Below, piece after piece: positions 29,602 through 39,544 of a stretch of 64,000 nt of DNA. Position 1 is the stretch's first letter, and each line of letters begins with the position of its first letter. Source of the DNA: an uncultured delta proteobacterium (lineage in GTDB: Bacteria > Desulfobacterota > Syntrophia > Syntrophales > UBA2185). A program made the position numbers and the translations under genes. Below the pieces are notes generated by a model. That model made no database searches and was not told the DNA's origin. It saw only the letters and a program-made list of their open reading frames with translations. The stretch is taken from the NCBI GenBank assembly GCA_963729715.1, contig CAVSPA010000006.1, forward strand, positions 1 through 64,000. Direction: 5' to 3'.

Positions 29602-29613
29602 AAAGGAAACGCC

Positions 29614-30070
29614 ATGGGTAGGCTAAAATCAATTCTCGGTTATACGGCTGCTGTTCTTGCCACATCCATCGTGCTTGCCACATTTCTGGGAAATAATTAT
29701 TTCAGCAATAAGTTTGCCTTGGCAACAGGGATAACGGTTTCTCCTCGGTACACTGGAGGGGAGATTGTGAAAGTCGTCGATCATGGTACGTACAGGACCA
29801 TCATTCACCGGCCCGTTTATGATGGCCTCCTGGGAGAGAGAAGAAGGGTTCATTCAAATCAAATGGGAGTCCATCGCCGGGTTGCCGCCGGTGATTTCCG
29901 AAACTGTGGATTACGACGGTGATGATAAAGCGGACTTCCTGATCACACTAAACACGGTAACGGGTGAGACAACCGTTCTTGGCTATAACCCCGCTGTTGT
30001 GTCCGTCAAGAAAACGTATAAGCTCGACACAGGTTGGGCTGTAAGAATTCTGCTCAGAAAAGTTTCCTGA
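29614..30070 (+). pseudogene. Hypothetical protein split by a frameshift
   Basis: Overlapping ORFs 29614-29922 and 29783-30070 join at the AG-rich tract near 29835. Confidence 0.6.
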
Positions 30071-30162
30071 TCCGGTTTCTTTATACCTATTCTGTCTGCG
30101 TCAAGGTTTTCCTGCCTCGTGGGAGAGGTCCTTGCTGCGGCAGTCTCCGCCGATTGGCATTA

Positions 30163-31755
30163 TCATTTCTTGCGGAGTAATTTGGGGACGGTGCCCGGCT
30201 CCGGACTGAAGGCCACGCCGTTTTCGAGGATCAAGGTATTCAGCTCCTTATCACTCAAGTATCGCCGCTGCAGAGGGCCGTCATTGGCATCCATCATCTC
30301 GTACCAAGTTTCACCGCCATGAAGAAAAGCCTTCGTGAGCACAACCTCATGTCCGACCAAGCTGCTGCCGGTATTATGAGCCACGTTCACTAAAACCGGC
30401 CTCCCCTCCTTGAGCATACTGGCGAAGCCGGAAGGGGGAACCACCTCGGCGCGACCAAAGGCTTCGGCCTCCATAATCACTTCACCGCCGATAAGGCCAC
30501 CCTTCTCGATGGCTTTCTGTGGATTTGCTCGATCTTCGGCGCTGCGCCATTCACCCTCGCGAATGATCTCTGCCGCGCGCGCTGCCACCACTCCGTAGGG
30601 CAGGCCCGCGGCATTGGCCAGGGCGAAGATGGTGCAGTCATTGTAACGGGTCTGCTTTCCTGCACCCGGCATGCGCGTGCCCTCGCCCCGAGATGCCTCC
30701 TGCGCAAGCTTCCTGTCCTGGGCGCGGGCAAAAATATTCTGCCAGGCCTCGTTGATCTGGGTTCCTGTCACAATGGAATCATCGGCAAGGTCCAACCCGT
30801 TCAATGCTTTATCGAGACGTTCAAGTTTCTTCGCGCTCCAACCGAGACGTTTGGCCTGGGCATAGATGCCGCTGATCACGGCATCCGCTTGCATGCGTGC
30901 CTGTGCGCCCTGCGTGTTTGTCCTGCCCTTCACCACATTGGGGTCAACTACATAGGGCGCCTTTTTGTCGCGAAGGTCAACTACCTTGGAGTCTGTTATT
31001 GGCGCCTGACGAGACGCCTCGTTTGGGTCGCCCATGATGAGGGCCAGGTTATCGCCCGGAGCGGCAGCAGTCGTTGCCGAATATCCCTGGCGTGGCCTTA
31101 AATCAACAACTCGGGAATCATTATTAACGCCGGCAGACGAACCACCCGCGCCGCCGCCCGTGCCGAAGAACGACGTCCCCTGCGGGCGAAGGCCGCTATC
31201 ACTATCTCCAAGCATAAGGGCAGGGCCGTCAGACTTTTGGCCATCGAACCCTTCGGAGAGTTGGATTTGCGTGGAAAGACGATCAAATGTTTCCTGCTTT
31301 TTGTGGGCTTCCTCTGCCGCTCGTATACGGGCTTCCACCTCTGCCATTTGGCGGGCTGCCTCTGCGGCTTGTGCCTGCTCCGCGGTCTGCATTTGCTGTT
31401 CCGCCCGCTTGCGCGCTTCTTCCTGGGGATCGCCGAATAGCGCCTTGCCGAGTGACTGCCCAAAGTTGTATCCGAGGTTATAAAAGGGTTGGGCAAGGCC
31501 AGCGGCGGCGCCGCCACTCGAAGATCCACCCCTTCCGCCCCAGTTCGGACCGGGCGTACACGAAGGATTACCGCCCGACATGCTGAACTTCCCGTTGCAG
31601 GCCTCACACCATGATTGATACTGCCTTGCCCAGGCGGGACCGTAAGAACCCGTGGGCGGGCTGCTGCAGTTCTGCGCCATCGCCGTGTGAGTCGTCACCA
31701 CCATCGTACAGATAACTATAAAGGCAACAGCCGGTATAGGGAATTGTTTCTTCAT
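30163..31755 (-). CDS. Exported protein with a C-terminal papain-like (C39-like) cysteine protease domain
   Basis: Signal peptide; QTRYNDCTIFALA, GHEVVL, MMDAN as putative Q/C/H/D residues. Confidence 0.65.
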   Translation of the reverse strand: MKKQFPIPAVAFIVICTMVVTTHTAMAQNCSSPPTGSYGPAWARQYQSWCEACNGKFSMSGGNPSCTPGPNWGGRGGSSSGGAAAGLAQPFYNLGYNFGQSLGKALFGDPQEEARKRAEQQMQTAEQAQAAEAARQMAEVEARIRAAEEAHKKQETFDRLSTQIQLSEGFDGQKSDGPALMLGDSDSGLRPQGTSFFGTGGGAGGSSAGVNNDSRVVDLRPRQGYSATTAAAPGDNLALIMGDPNEASRQAPITDSKVVDLRDKKAPYVVDPNVVKGRTNTQGAQARMQADAVISGIYAQAKRLGWSAKKLERLDKALNGLDLADDSIVTGTQINEAWQNIFARAQDRKLAQEASRGEGTRMPGAGKQTRYNDCTIFALANAAGLPYGVVAARAAEIIREGEWRSAEDRANPQKAIEKGGLIGGEVIMEAEAFGRAEVVPPSGFASMLKEGRPVLVNVAHNTGSSLVGHEVVLTKAFLHGGETWYEMMDANDGPLQRRYLSDKELNTLILENGVAFSPEPGTVPKLLRKK

Positions 31756-31780
31756 TTATCCGCTCCCTTCATCACGGTCT

Positions 31781-32740
31781 TCATTCTTTCGCCTTTCCCT
31801 CCCAGAGGTACATCTTCTCTCTTGCGGCTTTGGCGTTCTGGGCATCGGGGACGAGCTCGAGATAACATCTCATATGGAGTAAGGCCGCTCCGTAATCTTT
31901 GATCTCCCCGTAAAGCAAAGCAGCATTGAACTGCCCCTGTGGCCACAATGGTTCAATTGCCAACCCTTTTTCGTAGTAATCGATGGCCTTCTCGAAGTCC
32001 TTATTCATGAATGCGTCCTCGGCCATTACCCGGTATCGCTGCACATTCTCGGGCAGTGGGGGCTTCACCGTCAAGTCACGCCATGTCTTCGCGGCCGCAC
32101 TGAACGTAGCAAACTCTTCGTCCTGACGTGCGGCGTATAGAAGTCGATTGAACGCATCAGCAAACTTCTCCGCTGATGTCTTGTTTCCCCATACAAGTAC
32201 TGGGTAATTGGAAGGCCAGGGCTCAGGGGTGGCAACCCCGTAGAGTCTCTTCGGTATCTCCAGTTCATAAACACCATTCGAAAACGTTGGATCTAACGAG
32301 TAAGCCTGCATGTACTTTGTGGCTTCTTTGAAACTCACGGACATCTGTACATCATAGCGCTTGTCGGAATAGGCGGCAACCCTTTCAGTATATGATGAAG
32401 TGAAATGGAAGCCGGTGGGGCCGATACGGACGCCGGTCACCTTTTCAAACACTACCATCCCATCACACAGTTTATTTCCAATGAGTCCCTGGAATCCTTC
32501 AGCCAGACGGCAGGATTTAGCGGTCCCGACATATTTGTTGTTTATGGCCTCTTTCAGTTGAGCGCGAGCTTGACGAATTGAAAGAGCCATTGAGTCTCCC
32601 GGAGGGGGATCGCCTCGCCAAACCGAAGGAATGCCGCCTGCCGGAGTATTGCCTCCCTGAGTCTGTGCCATCAGGTTTGATGGAATCGCAGCCACGGTCA
32701 GCAGCACAACCAGCGCGCACAACATATTCCTGTTGCTCAT
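31781..32740 (-). CDS. Exported protein with C-terminal TPR domain (paralog 3)
   Basis: Signal peptide; AEDAF.NKDFEKAIDYYEKGLAIEPLWPQGQFNAALL...YLELVPDA. Confidence 0.85.
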   Translation of the reverse strand: MSNRNMLCALVVLLTVAAIPSNLMAQTQGGNTPAGGIPSVWRGDPPPGDSMALSIRQARAQLKEAINNKYVGTAKSCRLAEGFQGLIGNKLCDGMVVFEKVTGVRIGPTGFHFTSSYTERVAAYSDKRYDVQMSVSFKEATKYMQAYSLDPTFSNGVYELEIPKRLYGVATPEPWPSNYPVLVWGNKTSAEKFADAFNRLLYAARQDEEFATFSAAAKTWRDLTVKPPLPENVQRYRVMAEDAFMNKDFEKAIDYYEKGLAIEPLWPQGQFNAALLYGEIKDYGAALLHMRCYLELVPDAQNAKAAREKMYLWEGKAKE

Positions 32741-32872
32741 TTGATCATCCCTCCTGATTGTTGATGTCCCGATTTCGCCACGAATGATAGCAGTCTTGTC
32801 GTCTTGCGAGTTCATCAATAGAAAAAGTGTTCAAATGCTTCATCGAGTTTCCCCGCTCTTGGACCTTGTGAA

Positions 32873-33850
32873 CTATTGTGTACTCGCCTCTTTCGCCTTT
32901 CCCTCCCAGAGGTACATCTTCTCCCTTGCGGTTGTGGCGTTCTTGGCATTGGGGACGAGTTCCAGATAACGTTTCATATGCAGGGCAGCAGTTGCGTACC
33001 TATTCAACTCACCATCAAGCATAGCGGCGTTGAAGTGGCCTTGCGGCCATAGAGGTTCAATCGCCAACCCTTTTTCGTAGTACATTACCGCCTTCTCAAA
33101 ATCTTTATTCTTGAATGCGTCCTCGGCCATTATCCTGCACCGCTGCACATCCTCGGGCAGTGCGGGTTTCACCGTCAAGGCGCGCCATAACTTCGCCTTC
33201 TTTTGGAAATCGGCAAACGACAAGGCCTCATCTTCGGGTTTGTAGCCTTCGGTGTATCTCTTCAGCACATAAAAAGCTTTGGCTAAAGAGACGGCTTCAT
33301 CCCTCTTGAGTGAACTCCAAAAGGTATCTGTTGCGCTTGTATCCCCGCTGTTTCTGCTTCCCCCGTGCTGCACCTGCTTGATGCAACCGTGGTACCATGG
33401 GGCAGCCTCACACGGAAGTACATTGAATGTCCCATACACATGACTTTTCTCGACATGGGGATCCATTGATCTAAAACCTGACGTACAAGCCCAAAATAGT
33501 TTCGGATAGACTTGATCCCAGGTTATCTTGTCGGAGCTTATCGTGATGTTCTTCATCAAGGGGGTATTATAAGTGGAGGCATTCCAGCCGGGAGGAATCT
33601 GCTCCCGGCGGTTTTCCATAGACTCTATTATTTTACGCGCCTGGGAATATGACATCGTCAGGAGCACGTCGTCATTCGGCCTATACACTACTTCGTCTCT
33701 TTGCGCATCATTCGGATTGAAGGCTAAACTTGGCTGAAGACTGATAAGTAAGGTCATGAGGGATAATGTTAGGGACAGACATAAAATAGCGCACAAATCT
33801 AAGCGGCCCTGTCTCTTAAAAACCTTCCGGTATCCCATCTTCATTATCAT
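32873..33850 (-). CDS. Exported protein with C-terminal TPR domain (paralog 2)
   Basis: Hydrophobic N-terminal segment; same TPR block; start uncertain. Confidence 0.85.
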   Translation of the reverse strand: MIMKMGYRKVFKRQGRLDLCAILCLSLTLSLMTLLISLQPSLAFNPNDAQRDEVVYRPNDDVLLTMSYSQARKIIESMENRREQIPPGWNASTYNTPLMKNITISSDKITWDQVYPKLFWACTSGFRSMDPHVEKSHVYGTFNVLPCEAAPWYHGCIKQVQHGGSRNSGDTSATDTFWSSLKRDEAVSLAKAFYVLKRYTEGYKPEDEALSFADFQKKAKLWRALTVKPALPEDVQRCRIMAEDAFKNKDFEKAVMYYEKGLAIEPLWPQGHFNAAMLDGELNRYATAALHMKRYLELVPNAKNATTAREKMYLWEGKAKEASTQ

Positions 33851-33857
33851 GATCCTT

Positions 33858-34781
33858 TCATTCCCTCTCACCGGTAATCTTTTGCTGCTCCTCCTTAGCT
33901 TTTTCCTCCCAGATGTATATCTTCTCCCGCGCGGCTGTGGCGTTCTGGGCATTGGGGACGAGTTCGAGATAACGTTTCATATGAAAGACAGCCCAACTGT
34001 ACCATTGCGATTCACCTTCGAGCATGGCGGTATTGAACTGTCCCTGAGGCCACAGTGGTTCAATGGCCAGCCCTTTTCTGTACCATTCGAGGGCCTTCTG
34101 CAACTCTTTGTTCTTGAATGCGTCTTCTGCCAGTATCCGGCACTTCTGAACTGCTTCGGGCAGAGCGGGCTTAACCGCCATCTCGCGATACCTTTTGGCT
34201 TCGTTTGCAAATGCGGCCTCCGCAGCAGGATCACTCTCGGGCACGGGTACGTATCCTTCCGCGTAGCGTTTTAGAACATAGAAGGCATTGGCCAAAGAAA
34301 CCGCTTCGTACTTATTCGTATAGGTCCAAAAAGGTTCGCCGTAAAAAGGAGTTTCCTTCAGACCTCCCCCACGGCCCTGCGATTTAACGTTACCGAGAGT
34401 TACGGGAAATTCCCCATTGTCCCGACCCGTCACAGCAATCTTCATAGACTTCACATGTAACGTGCTGACATACCAGAGATCCATGCACTCTTTACGCCAA
34501 GTCACTTTGTCGAAGCTTATTACGATGTTCTTGATTATGAATGGACCGGCGAGCCCAGGAATCGGCGTGCTGCGGTTTTCCATGGACTCTATTATTTTAC
34601 GCGCCTGCGCATACGGCATCGTCTGTAACACCTCGTCAGTCGGCTGATAAACTACTTCGTCTGCCTGGGCCAGACCTGTCTGAAAGCCGATTAATATAGT
34701 AGCGGCGGATAATACCATGAACAGATACGCGATGGAGTGGAAATATAAGCGGCCGTGTTTCACGCAAAGCATCCTCTTCAT
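33858..34781 (-). CDS. Exported protein with C-terminal TPR domain (paralog 1)
   Basis: Signal ending AQA; same TPR block. Confidence 0.85.
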   Translation of the reverse strand: MKRMLCVKHGRLYFHSIAYLFMVLSAATILIGFQTGLAQADEVVYQPTDEVLQTMPYAQARKIIESMENRSTPIPGLAGPFIIKNIVISFDKVTWRKECMDLWYVSTLHVKSMKIAVTGRDNGEFPVTLGNVKSQGRGGGLKETPFYGEPFWTYTNKYEAVSLANAFYVLKRYAEGYVPVPESDPAAEAAFANEAKRYREMAVKPALPEAVQKCRILAEDAFKNKELQKALEWYRKGLAIEPLWPQGQFNTAMLEGESQWYSWAVFHMKRYLELVPNAQNATAAREKIYIWEEKAKEEQQKITGERE

Positions 34782-35136
34782 AAAAGATTCCTCGATAGTG
34801 GATTAGCATTATTTTTGTGCGGCTGATTTTAGGGAAAATTGCAGGTATGGTCAAGAGAAACCTCTGCAATCTTTTGAGATGTTAAGAAATGGGAAATTTA
34901 ATTATCAATTGATAATGTTCGTAACGGTGGGCATAAAACAATTGTTTCGATTTTTTCACAAGTTTTTGCCTAAGAATTGGAGTAAGGCCGGCGGAAAAAT
35001 CATTAAAACTTCAAATTTCCATCAAAATAGCCATCTTTTATCATTGACACTTCGTTTTCCACTCCTTACACTGTCAATAATAATTAGTGGAATATGCGGG
35101 AGATAAATTTTCAATTTCCCAGGAAGCGGTGTTGAA

Positions 35137-36279
35137 ATGGACATCCCTTTGTTTATTGCGGGACTGGTTTTGATCCTCGTCGTTTTGGGGGATGCCTTTG
35201 AAACGATGGTGCTCCCGCGCCGCGTGACACGCCGGCTCAGACTTGCCCGTCTCTTCTTCCGATATTCGTGGAAGTTCTGGCTGCTGATCGCCAGGTTGAT
35301 ACCTTCACGCAGAGGGAGGGAAACCTTTTTCGGTTTCTTCGGTCCTTTTACGATGCTCATGCTGATCATCCTCTGGGCAACCGGGCTGGTCTTCGGCTTT
35401 GCCATCATGCTCTGGGCATCCGGCTCGACACTCACAATGCATGCGGGAATTGTCAGTTTCGGAACATACCTCTATATGAGCGGCACGAGTCTCTTCACCC
35501 TCGGCCTAGGAGATGTCACGCCGACCACTCCTCTGGGGAGGGGATTAATTGCCGCTGAATCCGGGTTGGGTCTCGGCTTCCTTGCCCTCGTCATCAGTTA
35601 CCTGCCGCTCTTGAACCAGTCGTTCTCTCGTCGTGAGGTGACTATCTCACTCCTCGACTCTCGCGCGGGTTCACCTCCCACGGCGGCAGAGTTGATACGG
35701 CGCCATATCAATGACAAAGAGGTTGATGAACTTCGCCAGCATCTTCATGAATGGGAACGCTGGTCGGCGGAATTGCTTGAGAGTCACTTGTCCTATCCGG
35801 TGCTGGCTCAATTTCGTTCCCACCACGAGAACCAGTCGTGGCTCGGATCGCTCACGGCGATACTGGATACTTGCGCGTTTGCCTTGGCAGGTATCGAAGG
35901 CGTATGCAAGGATCAGGCGAAATTCACTTTTGCCATGACCCGACACGCGATTGTGGATATCGCGGGGGTCTTCAACTGTCCTCCCGTCCATCCGGAAAAG
36001 GATCGCCTTACCAAGGCCGACCTTAAATATCTTTGCTCGATATTGTCAGAGGCGGGTCTTAAGCTCGAAGAGGCTGAGGTCCTCGAAAAGGCGCTCAAGG
36101 AATTGCGCTTGATGTATGAACCGTATATCCACGCTCTTTCCATATACCTCCATATTACTATTCCGCCCTGGGTTTTGAGGACCAAGCGCCCGGACGACTG
36201 GCAGACGAGCCGCTGGGATACCGGCGCCGGCGTGGCGCGAAAGAAAATGTTGCAGGAGATTTGGGACGATCATTTTTGA
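35137..36279 (+). CDS. Potassium-channel family (Ion_trans_2) protein
   Basis: YLYMSGTSLFTLGLGDVTP pore loop between TM helices. Confidence 0.85.
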   Translation: MDIPLFIAGLVLILVVLGDAFETMVLPRRVTRRLRLARLFFRYSWKFWLLIARLIPSRRGRETFFGFFGPFTMLMLIILWATGLVFGFAIMLWASGSTLTMHAGIVSFGTYLYMSGTSLFTLGLGDVTPTTPLGRGLIAAESGLGLGFLALVISYLPLLNQSFSRREVTISLLDSRAGSPPTAAELIRRHINDKEVDELRQHLHEWERWSAELLESHLSYPVLAQFRSHHENQSWLGSLTAILDTCAFALAGIEGVCKDQAKFTFAMTRHAIVDIAGVFNCPPVHPEKDRLTKADLKYLCSILSEAGLKLEEAEVLEKALKELRLMYEPYIHALSIYLHITIPPWVLRTKRPDDWQTSRWDTGAGVARKKMLQEIWDDHF

Positions 36280-36334
36280 TTGAATAAGGCCGGTAAGAGG
36301 GGCAGAGGATAAAGACATAATCAGGAGAGGAAGA

Positions 36335-37111
36335 ATGAATTACAAACTTATTAAATTTGAAAAGACGAATGGTGTGGGGACCCTTACGTTAAATAATCCA
36401 GAAAGAAGAAATGCCCTTTCTCTTGAGATGTTGAAAGAGCTTCACTACATACTGGACGAGATCAAGGGAAAAAGCGATGTGAAGGTCGTTATTGTCAGGG
36501 GAGCAGGCAAGATCTTTTCGTCCGGCCACGACCTGACGGAGATGATAGGCCATGGGCTCAAGGACTACCAGGAGGTGTTTGATACGTGCAGTGCCTTCAT
36601 GCTGAAGATACAGGATATGCCGCAGCCCTTCATCGCTCAGGTGCACGGCATAGCAACTGCCGCCGGATGCCAGCTTGTGGCCGCGTGCGACCTTGCCGTT
36701 GCTGAGGAAGGAACCCTCTTCGGGACGCCCGGTGTCAGGCTCGGCATCTTCTGCACGACGCCGGCAATTCCTTTGGTTCGTGCAGTGGGAAGAAAACGGG
36801 CCCTCGAAATGCTCTTCACGGGTCGGATGATTTCCGCGAAAGAAGCAGAGCAGTTCGGACTTGTCAACAAGGTCGTGCCCATGGATCGGTTGGAAGAAGA
36901 AGCAAAAGCCATGGCGGAGAAGATCGCCGAGGCCAGTGCATTGACGCTCAAGATCGGCAAGGGTGCCTTTTATGCGCAGGTGAATTTGAGCGATGCGCAT
37001 GCGTACAATATCGGCAATGAAGTGATGATAGGGAACCTGTTTGCGGATGACGCCAAAGAGGGCATCCGCTCCTTTCTTGAAAAACGCAAACCCGTGTGGA
37101 CCGGGAAATGA
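36335..37111 (+). CDS. Enoyl-CoA hydratase/isomerase family
   Basis: LNNPERRNALS, FSSGHDL, ATAAGCQLVAACDL. Confidence 0.92.
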   Translation: MNYKLIKFEKTNGVGTLTLNNPERRNALSLEMLKELHYILDEIKGKSDVKVVIVRGAGKIFSSGHDLTEMIGHGLKDYQEVFDTCSAFMLKIQDMPQPFIAQVHGIATAAGCQLVAACDLAVAEEGTLFGTPGVRLGIFCTTPAIPLVRAVGRKRALEMLFTGRMISAKEAEQFGLVNKVVPMDRLEEEAKAMAEKIAEASALTLKIGKGAFYAQVNLSDAHAYNIGNEVMIGNLFADDAKEGIRSFLEKRKPVWTGK

Positions 37112-37127
37112 CAATTCTTGTTCTCTT

Positions 37128-37206
37128 GTCATTCCGAACGAATGTGATGAATCTCAAGATATTAATATTATTAATCATCAAGATTTCTCGTTTCACTCGA
37201 AATAAC
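37128..37206. repeat. REP-like palindromic intergenic element
   Basis: GTCATTCCGAAC...GAATCT...AGATTTCTC...TCGAAATAAC; same family as 41181-41303. Confidence 0.6.
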
Positions 37207-37382
37207 GAAATAAGAGAATAACGACGCAGCCCCTTCGAGGGAATAATAGTGATGAAAAAACCGGGAATTTTAGCCCCAGATTTGATATAGAAAGTGGCGG
37301 TTGCGAGGTTGAACCCGGTTATGTTTTTCTATTATGGGGTTCTTCAGAATATAGTCTATGAAATAATAAGGAGGGACGTTAA

Positions 37383-37784
37383 ATGGCCGAGGCAAAGAAA
37401 TTGAAGCAGCTTAGTTTTTCCCTGTCCAACAAGGTTGGACTATTGGCCCAAGTGGCTTCTGTCGTCTCCGATGCAAAGGTCAATATCGAGGCGATCTGCA
37501 CTTACGAGATGGGCGACAAGGGATATTTCATGGTGGTCACGGACAATAACGCCAAGGCAAAGAAGGTACTGGCCAAAATCGGGGCCAATGTTGAGGTGGA
37601 AGATGTGCTCGTAGTCAGTGTGCCGAATAAAGTCGGACAGTTGCAGAGCCTAGCAAAGAAAATTGCCGAAGCGGGAATTGACATCTACTATGCCTATGGG
37701 AGCCCCGGGGCGGTCAAGACGACGTGCCTCGTTTTTAAGACGGCCAATGACGACAAAGCGTTGAAAGCCATTAACGCAAAATAA
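37383..37784 (+). CDS. ACT-domain repeat protein
   Basis: NKVGLLAQVA...VNIEAI; NKVGQLQSLA...GIDIYYAY. Confidence 0.88.
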   Translation: MAEAKKLKQLSFSLSNKVGLLAQVASVVSDAKVNIEAICTYEMGDKGYFMVVTDNNAKAKKVLAKIGANVEVEDVLVVSVPNKVGQLQSLAKKIAEAGIDIYYAYGSPGAVKTTCLVFKTANDDKALKAINAK

Positions 37785-37928
37785 TTTTTTTGTCAGCCAG
37801 TCGCCGAAAAGCACCGGCCGTTTTTTACTTTGACGATAACCTGCAATAATGTCCGAGGGGGTGTGCATGGCGCATGCAGACTCCTCCTCGTCTTCTCTTT
37901 ATCGCATGATAAAGCCATGCGGCCGTAA

Positions 37929-38150
37929 TCAGCGCCTCTCGCTCTTGACCTCCACCGGTATTCCCCACCAGCCCTTCTGTTTGGTTTCCTTAACATCCAG
38001 AACGGTTGGATTCTGGTAGCCAAATATGGAAAATCCCATGTGATCCCACGACGCATACATCGATTTATGCTTCCAGAATTCAGATTGTTCCGCAAGATGG
38101 CAACATCCTGATACAATTAAGACGACGAGTAAGATGAATAATTTTTTCAT
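37929..38150 (-). CDS. Small lipoprotein, paralog of 10057-10278
   Basis: Lipobox VSGC; shared motif ending WWGIP. Confidence 0.8.
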   Translation of the reverse strand: MKKLFILLVVLIVSGCCHLAEQSEFWKHKSMYASWDHMGFSIFGYQNPTVLDVKETKQKGWWGIPVEVKSERR

Positions 38151-38453
38151 ATGATGCCTTCCTTTCTGTCAGAAGTGACTTCATTCTCAAAGACTCACTT
38201 ATTTCTATTACTACAAAGAAAGCTGTTTTGGTATCCAATTTATGGGATTATATTATTACATTCATTTCTTCGCACCGATAAACACCAGAGAGCCGGCCGA
38301 CCACTCAAGATCAGTAGCGGCGAACATTTCCACGAATAATTCCCCTTGACTTAATTCAGTTTGCCCATTTACTATCCTGCCTACGGCAGATATCGTCGAG
38401 GCTTTGAATATCGTGGGATTTCAATAATGACACGGCGCAGGGAGCAGAAAATC

Positions 38454-39182
38454 ATGAAAGAAGAGCAGGTCGCCCTCGTGACAGGCGGCAGTCGCGGCAT
38501 TGGCCGCGCCATCGCGGTTGAGCTTTCATCAGCAGGATATGAACTTATCATTACGTACAAATCCGACGATGCTTCAGCCGCAGAAACCCTCGACATTATC
38601 CGCTCGCAAGGCGGCACGGGAGAAAAGGTCCGGTTCGATGTGACGGATTCCAAGAAGACGGCGCAGCGGATGGATGAAATCCTTGCCCGGCGTAAGAATA
38701 TTCGCGTCCTCGTCAACAACGCCGGCATTACGGCTGACGGACTCTTCATGATGATGCGTGAGGGGGACTGGGACAGGGTGATTCAAACGACCCTTAAAGG
38801 CTTCTACAATGTGACCAAGCCGGTGATAAAAAGGATGGCAAGGAATCACCAGGGATCTGTTGTCTCTATCTCGTCTGTATCGGCTCTCGTGGGAAACAGG
38901 GGGCAGGCCAATTACGCGGCGGCTAAGGCAGGCTTGATTGCCGCCAGCCGCTCACTCGCATCTGAAGTGGCAAGGTTTGGCATCCGCGTGAACGTGGTTG
39001 CACCAGGGCTCATCGACACGGGAATGATCAAGGGAGCGCCGCTGCAAAGGATTAAGGACATCATTCCTATGGCAAGAATTGGAAAACCCGAAGAGGTCGC
39101 AAAAGTCGTCCGATTCCTGTGTTCAGACGATGCCTCTTACATCACAGGGCAAGTAATTTCCGTAAACGGCGGCATGTTGTAG
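38454..39182 (+). CDS. fabG: 3-oxoacyl-ACP reductase (SDR)
   Basis: TGGSRGIG, NNAGI, GQANYAAAK, NVVAPG. Confidence 0.85.
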   Translation: MKEEQVALVTGGSRGIGRAIAVELSSAGYELIITYKSDDASAAETLDIIRSQGGTGEKVRFDVTDSKKTAQRMDEILARRKNIRVLVNNAGITADGLFMMMREGDWDRVIQTTLKGFYNVTKPVIKRMARNHQGSVVSISSVSALVGNRGQANYAAAKAGLIAASRSLASEVARFGIRVNVVAPGLIDTGMIKGAPLQRIKDIIPMARIGKPEEVAKVVRFLCSDDASYITGQVISVNGGML

Positions 39183-39196
39183 CCGAGACAGTCTTT

Positions 39197-39510
39197 CTAA
39201 TACGAAACATATAATCCCACATTAACTCCATACTGGTGTGTCATACTTGCCTGTTCATAAAGAGCACCCACCGTTGTTCCGTAATATGTAAGGTCCACGG
39301 TGTCACTTTGACCAATTTCATCATACGCATACCATGGTTTGATAACAACGGATCAGAATTGAGAAACCTTATATTATGTAGGGATTTCAGCGTAATAGCC
39401 AGTTCTATTTCCTAATTTAACGTCAGGGGTGTTGTAACCTGGGTCGAAGTCAGAGAATTTGACTGCCATTTTGCCATAGAACATGAAGCGGGCGCCCACG
39501 TTCGGTTCCA
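39197..39510 (-). pseudogene. C-terminal remnant of an outer-membrane beta-barrel protein
   Basis: Reads ...GYYAEIPT*YKVSQF*SVVIKPWYAY...HQYGVNVGLYVSY* with alternating beta pattern and a terminal aromatic residue. Confidence 0.5.
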
Positions 39511-39544
39511 TGACCACCTTTTTTGAAACAGGTAAATAATTCCC

